The notes under the pieces: model-generated | What the model was told of the DNA's origin: nothing | What the model saw: the letters and a program-made list of their open reading frames with translations, nothing else | Databases searched by the model: none | Position numbers and translations under genes: made by a program | Shown: positions 41,856 through 45,805 of the stretch, piece by piece | Numbering within the stretch: position 1 is the first letter of the stretch | Layout of the letters: each line of letters opens with the position of its first letter | DNA from: Enterobacteria phage vB_EcoS_Rogue1 | Sequence record: NC_019718.1 | DNA: 45,805 nucleotides | Direction: 5' to 3' (one strand)

Positions 41856-43448
41856 TTACCCCAGCAGCCGTGGATTGATATATACCTTGTCACCAATCAG
41901 GCAGGTATAGTTTTTATCATCAAGCATCGGGAGTAAGTGGTCTTTAATTTTAGCCATAACACCAGCCTGTGACTCGAAAGGTCGAACCTTACGCGCAGCT
42001 TCATAAAGTGAACGCAAACCCACAACTCCTTTACTGTTCTTGCCTTGCTTGATAAGGATATCAATTAACTTGTTCATCTCAGCGTTATCGCCAGCATGAC
42101 CAGCTGCGTTAGCTGAGGATAAGTAAGTCTTACTAAGTTCTCCAAACATCAACAAAGCCTCTTGCATGGTTTCCAGTTCAATCTCCCTGGACTTCTGCGG
42201 ACTACCGCCATTGGGGTTAAACCAGTTACGGATAGTGTGAAGAACGGCAGCAAGGCGAATTACCTGTTTATCCATTTTACCTAACGCGCCGCGCAGCATT
42301 GTGTGTGAATACTTACCGCCATCTGCAAGGTGTGGCTCCATTTCCTGTCGAGCACGGTTAAGGTGCTTCATTGCTGAGTTACTAATAGTCAACTTCACAT
42401 CTTGCTCACTCATAATTTCATGAACAAGACGGAAGTAATCAGCCTTCAACGATCCGTCAATCGGCTCATATGTTGACTCGCCATTATCATCGACGAAAAC
42501 ACGCTCACCAAGGAATGACTTTTCACGCACAAGCAAGAAACGTTCGGATACACCAATACCGCGAGCACCAGCATTCATGATTGCGACTATTGTTTCATCC
42601 TGCGCAATTACAGAAATACACCCCAGAGCAATAAAGCTCATGTTGTTCTCTGCGTTCGCACGCGCGATAGATACGTTACCAGCATCCCAGGCCTTAAGTA
42701 CCAGTTCGCTGTTTGTTTTCTTTGTTCCATCACCATAGGTCATGCCCAGCAGTGAGTTGACGCTCGTCGCCTCATCCGAGATGACAGCGAAGCTACCCTG
42801 ACGATGGTTAATGCGTGCCAGACCTTCAGGAGTAGTATCAGATACAGGGAATACGATGTCGCAAAGTTTCTCGAGCTTATCTTCCAGCTCCTCCTTCTCC
42901 TCAAACAAACCAGCCATCTCAGAAGGCGACTTCTCCTGCTTCATTTCTTTAGCCAGAGCCGACAGCTTGGCCATGATCTTTTTACGGTCACGCTTACGCA
43001 GATCGTTTAGTCGCTCAGTCTCTGCAATCATTGGAGCCAGAGACAGCGAGTTAATGGCAGATTTACCAGTTGATGGAGGCTGGCTGGTCACTACATACAG
43101 TGATGTTGGTTGTTGAGTTCCGTGATACTCAACCGTAAAGCGACCCAACATAGCTGCCGAGATGCAACCAAGGAAGTGCATATAAGCAGATGATTCAGGA
43201 AACTGAACAGAACGAGCAATGTTGCTTGATAGTTTGCCAACTACATCATAGTCGTTACCAAGCGAGATAACAGGATACTTGTCGCCAGTAGAATCAATCT
43301 CAACCGGAGCTTTCCAGAATGATGCGCTCTGGCGATAACCGTTCGCATTAATAGCAACACGTAAAGGAGGTAATCCATCCTGAGCGGCAATAGTCATTAC
43401 TTGTTCAACAGTCAATTTGTCATCATTAAAATCAAACATTATTATCAT
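41856..43448 (-). CDS. hypothetical protein (530 aa) with P-loop-like motif PPSTGKS
   Basis: Long ORF; Walker A-like SQPPSTGKSAINS about 120 aa from the N-terminus; function not recognised. Confidence 0.55.
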   Translation of the reverse strand: MIIMFDFNDDKLTVEQVMTIAAQDGLPPLRVAINANGYRQSASFWKAPVEIDSTGDKYPVISLGNDYDVVGKLSSNIARSVQFPESSAYMHFLGCISAAMLGRFTVEYHGTQQPTSLYVVTSQPPSTGKSAINSLSLAPMIAETERLNDLRKRDRKKIMAKLSALAKEMKQEKSPSEMAGLFEEKEELEDKLEKLCDIVFPVSDTTPEGLARINHRQGSFAVISDEATSVNSLLGMTYGDGTKKTNSELVLKAWDAGNVSIARANAENNMSFIALGCISVIAQDETIVAIMNAGARGIGVSERFLLVREKSFLGERVFVDDNGESTYEPIDGSLKADYFRLVHEIMSEQDVKLTISNSAMKHLNRARQEMEPHLADGGKYSHTMLRGALGKMDKQVIRLAAVLHTIRNWFNPNGGSPQKSREIELETMQEALLMFGELSKTYLSSANAAGHAGDNAEMNKLIDILIKQGKNSKGVVGLRSLYEAARKVRPFESQAGVMAKIKDHLLPMLDDKNYTCLIGDKVYINPRLLG

Positions 43449-43460
43449 CTCTCTCTAAAT

Positions 43461-43474
43461 GCCCCCGAAGGGGC
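43461..43474 (-). other. GC hairpin GCCCC-CGAA-GGGGC between two minus-strand genes
   Basis: Read directly; weak T-run, possible attenuator. Confidence 0.35.
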
Positions 43475-43482
43475 TTGACTAT

Positions 43483-43662
43483 TTACTTGATACGAACTTC
43501 AATCATCTGACCTTTATGAGGAAGATACAGCTTTGCGCGACCTCTAATCATTACGGTGATGATATTCTCCTTAAGGTCAACGTGAAGTACTTTGCGGAAC
43601 AGCGGCCCCATTTTTACCATCATGCCAGGTTTGATGTTTTCGATAGTAGTCATGATATCCAT
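43483..43662 (-). CDS. hypothetical protein (59 aa)
   Basis: Found by manual translation downstream of a box-type promoter; below the track cutoff. Confidence 0.4.
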   Translation of the reverse strand: MDIMTTIENIKPGMMVKMGPLFRKVLHVDLKENIITVMIRGRAKLYLPHKGQMIEVRIK

Positions 43663-43700
43663 TTTTTAGCCCTTTTAATGTATTTCGTTTCGATGAAGAG

Positions 43701-43744
43701 AATATATCAATTTTTGTTGTTAAGTTCTTTAGCAAAAAGTGCTA
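43701..43744 (-). promoter_or_regulatory. palindromic box (43730-43744) plus -10 TATATT (complement of 43701-43706) and leader CATCGAAACGAAA
   Basis: Box family member in minus orientation. Confidence 0.5.
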
Positions 43745-43861
43745 TTAAAGACCAACCAGACATTTGCCAACTACAACAGCGATTGCGCCCATGAAGCCAA
43801 AGAAACCAAACTTAATTACTTGTTCCATTACCGCATCAACTGCTTTAGAGATGTTTTTCAT
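43745..43861 (-). CDS. small membrane peptide (38 aa; TMD FGFFGFMGAIAVVVG)
   Basis: Start refined to the internal ATG with AAGGTGA RBS; the longer track ORF starts inside the promoter box. Confidence 0.4.
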   Translation of the reverse strand: MKNISKAVDAVMEQVIKFGFFGFMGAIAVVVGKCLVGL

Positions 43862-43898
43862 TTTGTTCACCTTAGTTTTTGTCTTCTTGATGGAAACA

Positions 43899-43942
43899 AA
43901 TATACCCGCCGAAGCGGGTACTGTCATTAGCAAAAAGTGCTA
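43899..43942 (-). promoter_or_regulatory. palindromic box (43928-43942), terminator hairpin (43903-43920) in the spacer, -10 TATATT
   Basis: Composite terminator/promoter unit; hairpin TACCCGC-TTCG-GCGGGTA followed by a T-rich run on the minus strand. Confidence 0.5.
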
Positions 43943-44149
43943 TTTTTTTAAGTGCCCTGGCGCATAGCATTTTCCATCCTTCTTATGCAAAACCCACCCA
44001 GCATATTTAAGTTGCCTTGCACAATCAGAAAAGTTCTCGCCCGCAGCGTCCGTATAGTGTGGCATAAAATAAGAACCATCATCATTTGACTCAGTTGAGC
44101 ACTTCTTACAGTCGCAATAAACAGCGATGGAATAACCTGAAACAATCAT
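43940..44149 (-). CDS. hypothetical Cys-rich protein (69 aa)
   Basis: ORF with CDCKKC...C...C pattern; coupled to the upstream ORF. Confidence 0.45.
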   Translation of the reverse strand: MIVSGYSIAVYCDCKKCSTESNDDGSYFMPHYTDAAGENFSDCARQLKYAGWVLHKKDGKCYAPGHLKK

Positions 44150-44499
44150 TTGTAAGCCGCCTCAAACTTATACATCCCATAACCCACATCAAAGCCAACT
44201 TCTTCATCACGCGTCAACTGCCAGCCCTCGCCGTCTTCATCATAAATATACCCAGCGTTACGACCAAGTGATGCAGTCATTGATACCTGGTAACGCTTAC
44301 CCTTACTGAAACTCTTCTTGAGTGGTGACTTGTGGTTCACGAAAGTGCAAAGCAAAGTCTTTGTCTTGACGTAACGACCCCGGCCAGTGAGATTTTGCCA
44401 TTTACCATGAATCTTGATTTGCTCAATACCATCTTTAACGCGAGCTTTAAACAGATTGTTATCTGAGCTGATCCAGTTTTTAGTGATAGTGGTAGCCAT
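44146..44499 (-). CDS. hypothetical protein (117 aa)
   Basis: ORF with RBS on the minus strand. Confidence 0.5.
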   Translation of the reverse strand: MATTITKNWISSDNNLFKARVKDGIEQIKIHGKWQNLTGRGRYVKTKTLLCTFVNHKSPLKKSFSKGKRYQVSMTASLGRNAGYIYDEDGEGWQLTRDEEVGFDVGYGMYKFEAAYK

Positions 44500-44524
44500 T
44501 ACTATTTTCCTTTTTGGTTTGTTA

Positions 44525-44827
44525 TTAGTTAGCGTTATGACGTTCGATATAGTCGCGGATTGTTTCGCCTACGCTTTTAGCGGCACCAAAAGTGCCCTTT
44601 GCGTGGCGTGAATCGCGGTACGTCTGGAAGAATTTACGAGCGATGTTTGCGAACATTGAACCAGTCACGCGAGCATCACCGAAATTTGTTTCGATAGCGT
44701 TGCTAATGCCATCCTTGAACTCATTTTCAGTCATGAACATCTCTGCCATGCCAGCAGTCTCGAAAAGGTTAGCTAATTCATTCATGTTGTTATGGTCTTC
44801 GGCTGTAAACAGGTTCATGTTAATCAT
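44525..44827 (-). CDS. hypothetical protein (100 aa)
   Basis: ORF following a box-type promoter and conserved leader. Confidence 0.5.
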   Translation of the reverse strand: MINMNLFTAEDHNNMNELANLFETAGMAEMFMTENEFKDGISNAIETNFGDARVTGSMFANIARKFFQTYRDSRHAKGTFGAAKSVGETIRDYIERHNAN

Positions 44828-44861
44828 CTTCGTGATTCCTTAGTTTCGTTTCGATGAGATG

Positions 44862-44903
44862 AATATACAATAAAAGCCCCGAAGGGCTTTAGCAATTCGT
44901 GCT
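44862..44903 (-). promoter_or_regulatory. palindromic box (44889-44903, TAGCA-ATTCG-TGCTA), terminator hairpin (44875-44888) in the spacer, -10 TATATT, leader CATCGAAACGAAAC
   Basis: Composite terminator/promoter unit in minus orientation. Confidence 0.5.
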
Positions 44904-45054
44904 ATTTCTTTGCTGCTTTTGCAATTGCCTTCTGGACGATGTTGAAGCTCTCAATCAAATCTTCTTTGAAGTAGTCACCAACAGGCCAACCCTTACCGCT
45001 GTACTTTGCTATAGTTTCTAGATCGTAATAGTTCAAATCAGATGGTTTAAGCAT

Positions 45055-45294
45055 TTACCTCACCTCATCAAAAGTTGCGACACCAGGGATAAACATTCCG
45101 ACCTTCCAACCTGCGATAGCAATCCATCCAGAATCGTGCTTGTGCGGTCGCTCGGCGCCATTAATCACCCACTCGTTCGGGATTGTCTTGCCGTTAATGA
45201 TTAGCAGCTCAGCTTCGTATACAGAGCCTTTTACAAATGGCGTCAAAACCTTTTTGTCTGTACTGTTAATAACGTTTGTGCAGCGAATTTTCAT
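45055..45294 (-). CDS. hypothetical protein (79 aa)
   Basis: ORF with GAGG RBS. Confidence 0.5.
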   Translation of the reverse strand: MKIRCTNVINSTDKKVLTPFVKGSVYEAELLIINGKTIPNEWVINGAERPHKHDSGWIAIAGWKVGMFIPGVATFDEVR

Positions 45295-45306
45295 ATCTCA
45301 ATCCTC

Positions 45307-45483
45307 AAATAAATGGTAAACATTCGACGCAGCCAAGTCCATCGCAGCACAGAAATCCATCTTCTGACTGGAATTGCTTAGCCAAATCAATGTCCAGCTT
45401 TCCGCGCAGCACAAGGTTGGTGTAAACTTCGTTAAGTCCAATCAGTGCGCATTCGTGGCGCAAATCGTCTTTATCAATCTTCA
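45307..45483 (-). CDS. hypothetical Cys-rich protein (58 aa, CCDGLGCVEC)
   Basis: Found by manual translation; GAGGTAGAG RBS. Confidence 0.4.
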
Positions 45484-45668
45484 TAACGCTCTACCTCGAA
45501 GTTGTATACCATTACGTTTCTATCATGCTTGTTCTTTATCACCATTGACTCAAGCTCTTCGTATACAGCCACTACATTGTAAACACCACCAGGCTCAAGG
45601 CCGTAGAATTCGTATTCTTCATCGTCAAAACCATCCGTTTTACTTAGTGCTGTTATTTTTACCTTCAT
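45474..45668 (-). CDS. hypothetical acidic protein (64 aa)
   Basis: First ORF downstream of the promoter at 45696-45739. Confidence 0.5.
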   Translation of the reverse strand: MKVKITALSKTDGFDDEEYEFYGLEPGGVYNVVAVYEELESMVIKNKHDRNVMVYNFEVERYED

Positions 45669-45695
45669 ATCTATCTCCTCGTTGTTGATGAGTTT

Positions 45696-45739
45696 ACTAT
45701 AGCCTTGCCATCCCCATTTGTCTTTAGCAAAAAGTGCTA
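45696..45739 (-). promoter_or_regulatory. palindromic box (45725-45739) plus -10 TATAGT (complement of 45696-45701)
   Basis: Box family member in minus orientation with 23-bp spacer. Confidence 0.5.
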
Positions 45740-45805
45740 TTCGTCAGATTTATGGATTGTTGCAGGCATTGCGATGATTAGCATGACTATTACACATAAA
45801 GCAAT

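Noticed and set aside
43459-43794. 111-aa plus-strand ORF
   Set aside because: Runs antisense across a minus-strand promoter box, conserved leader and a minus-strand gene; no plus-strand expression signals.
44902-45054. Apparent 50-aa minus-strand ORF downstream of the 79-aa gene
   Set aside because: Base-by-base retranslation shows a stop after 20 codons; my first reading dropped a base. The region is probably an untranslated spacer before the terminator/promoter unit.
1187-45739. Possibility that the repeated 15-bp palindrome is a CRISPR array or an insertion sequence terminal repeat
   Set aside because: Copies are kilobases apart, not regularly spaced with unique spacers, and occur on both strands at gene junctions; no transposase is present.
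1-45805. Temperate lifestyle (integrase, CI-type repressor, attachment site)
   Set aside because: No tyrosine or serine recombinase motifs were seen in any ORF; the HTH and Rha-like proteins alone do not establish lysogeny; the tRNA is intact and phage-internal rather than a truncated attachment-site copy.

Overview
The window reads as a nearly complete genome of a tailed, apparently virulent siphophage of enterobacterial type; the lysis cassette, recombination module and receptor-blocking lipoprotein resemble T1-like (Drexlerviridae-type) phages, but this is inferred from motifs I can read by eye, not from any search. Transcription alternates in six blocks: plus (555-25189: early small genes, tRNA, packaging, head, tail), minus (25221-26428: tail protein plus lipoprotein), plus (27017-30060: Rha-like protein, exonuclease, ERF annealase, SSB), minus (30092-34337: beta-helix tail fiber, primase, HTH protein), plus (34430-41502: helicase, VRR-NUC, small ORFs, phosphoesterase, lysis cassette), minus (41516-45668: small ORFs and a 530-aa P-loop protein). 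Convergent junctions carry hairpin terminators (25197, 30071, 41494); divergent junctions lie at 26429-27016 and 34338-34429. No integrase, CI-type repressor or CRISPR array was seen. The most distinctive signal is a 15-bp palindrome, TAGCA-N5-TG(C/T)TA, repeated at least 15 times on both strands. It sits directly on or after stop codons and 21-23 bp upstream of a -10-like hexamer that is followed by a conserved leader (CATCGAAACGAGAG). This looks like a phage-specific promoter/operator regulon, and is the best candidate for an undescribed system here. Other notable items are a tRNA-Arg(CCU) paired with AGG-rich genes, a collagen-like gene inside the head module, an HNH homing endonuclease insertion, promoter-gene-terminator morons, a lipoprotein/tail-protein cassette, and two paralogous AT-rich regions. 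All functional calls rest on motif recognition and gene order; none was confirmed by database search.
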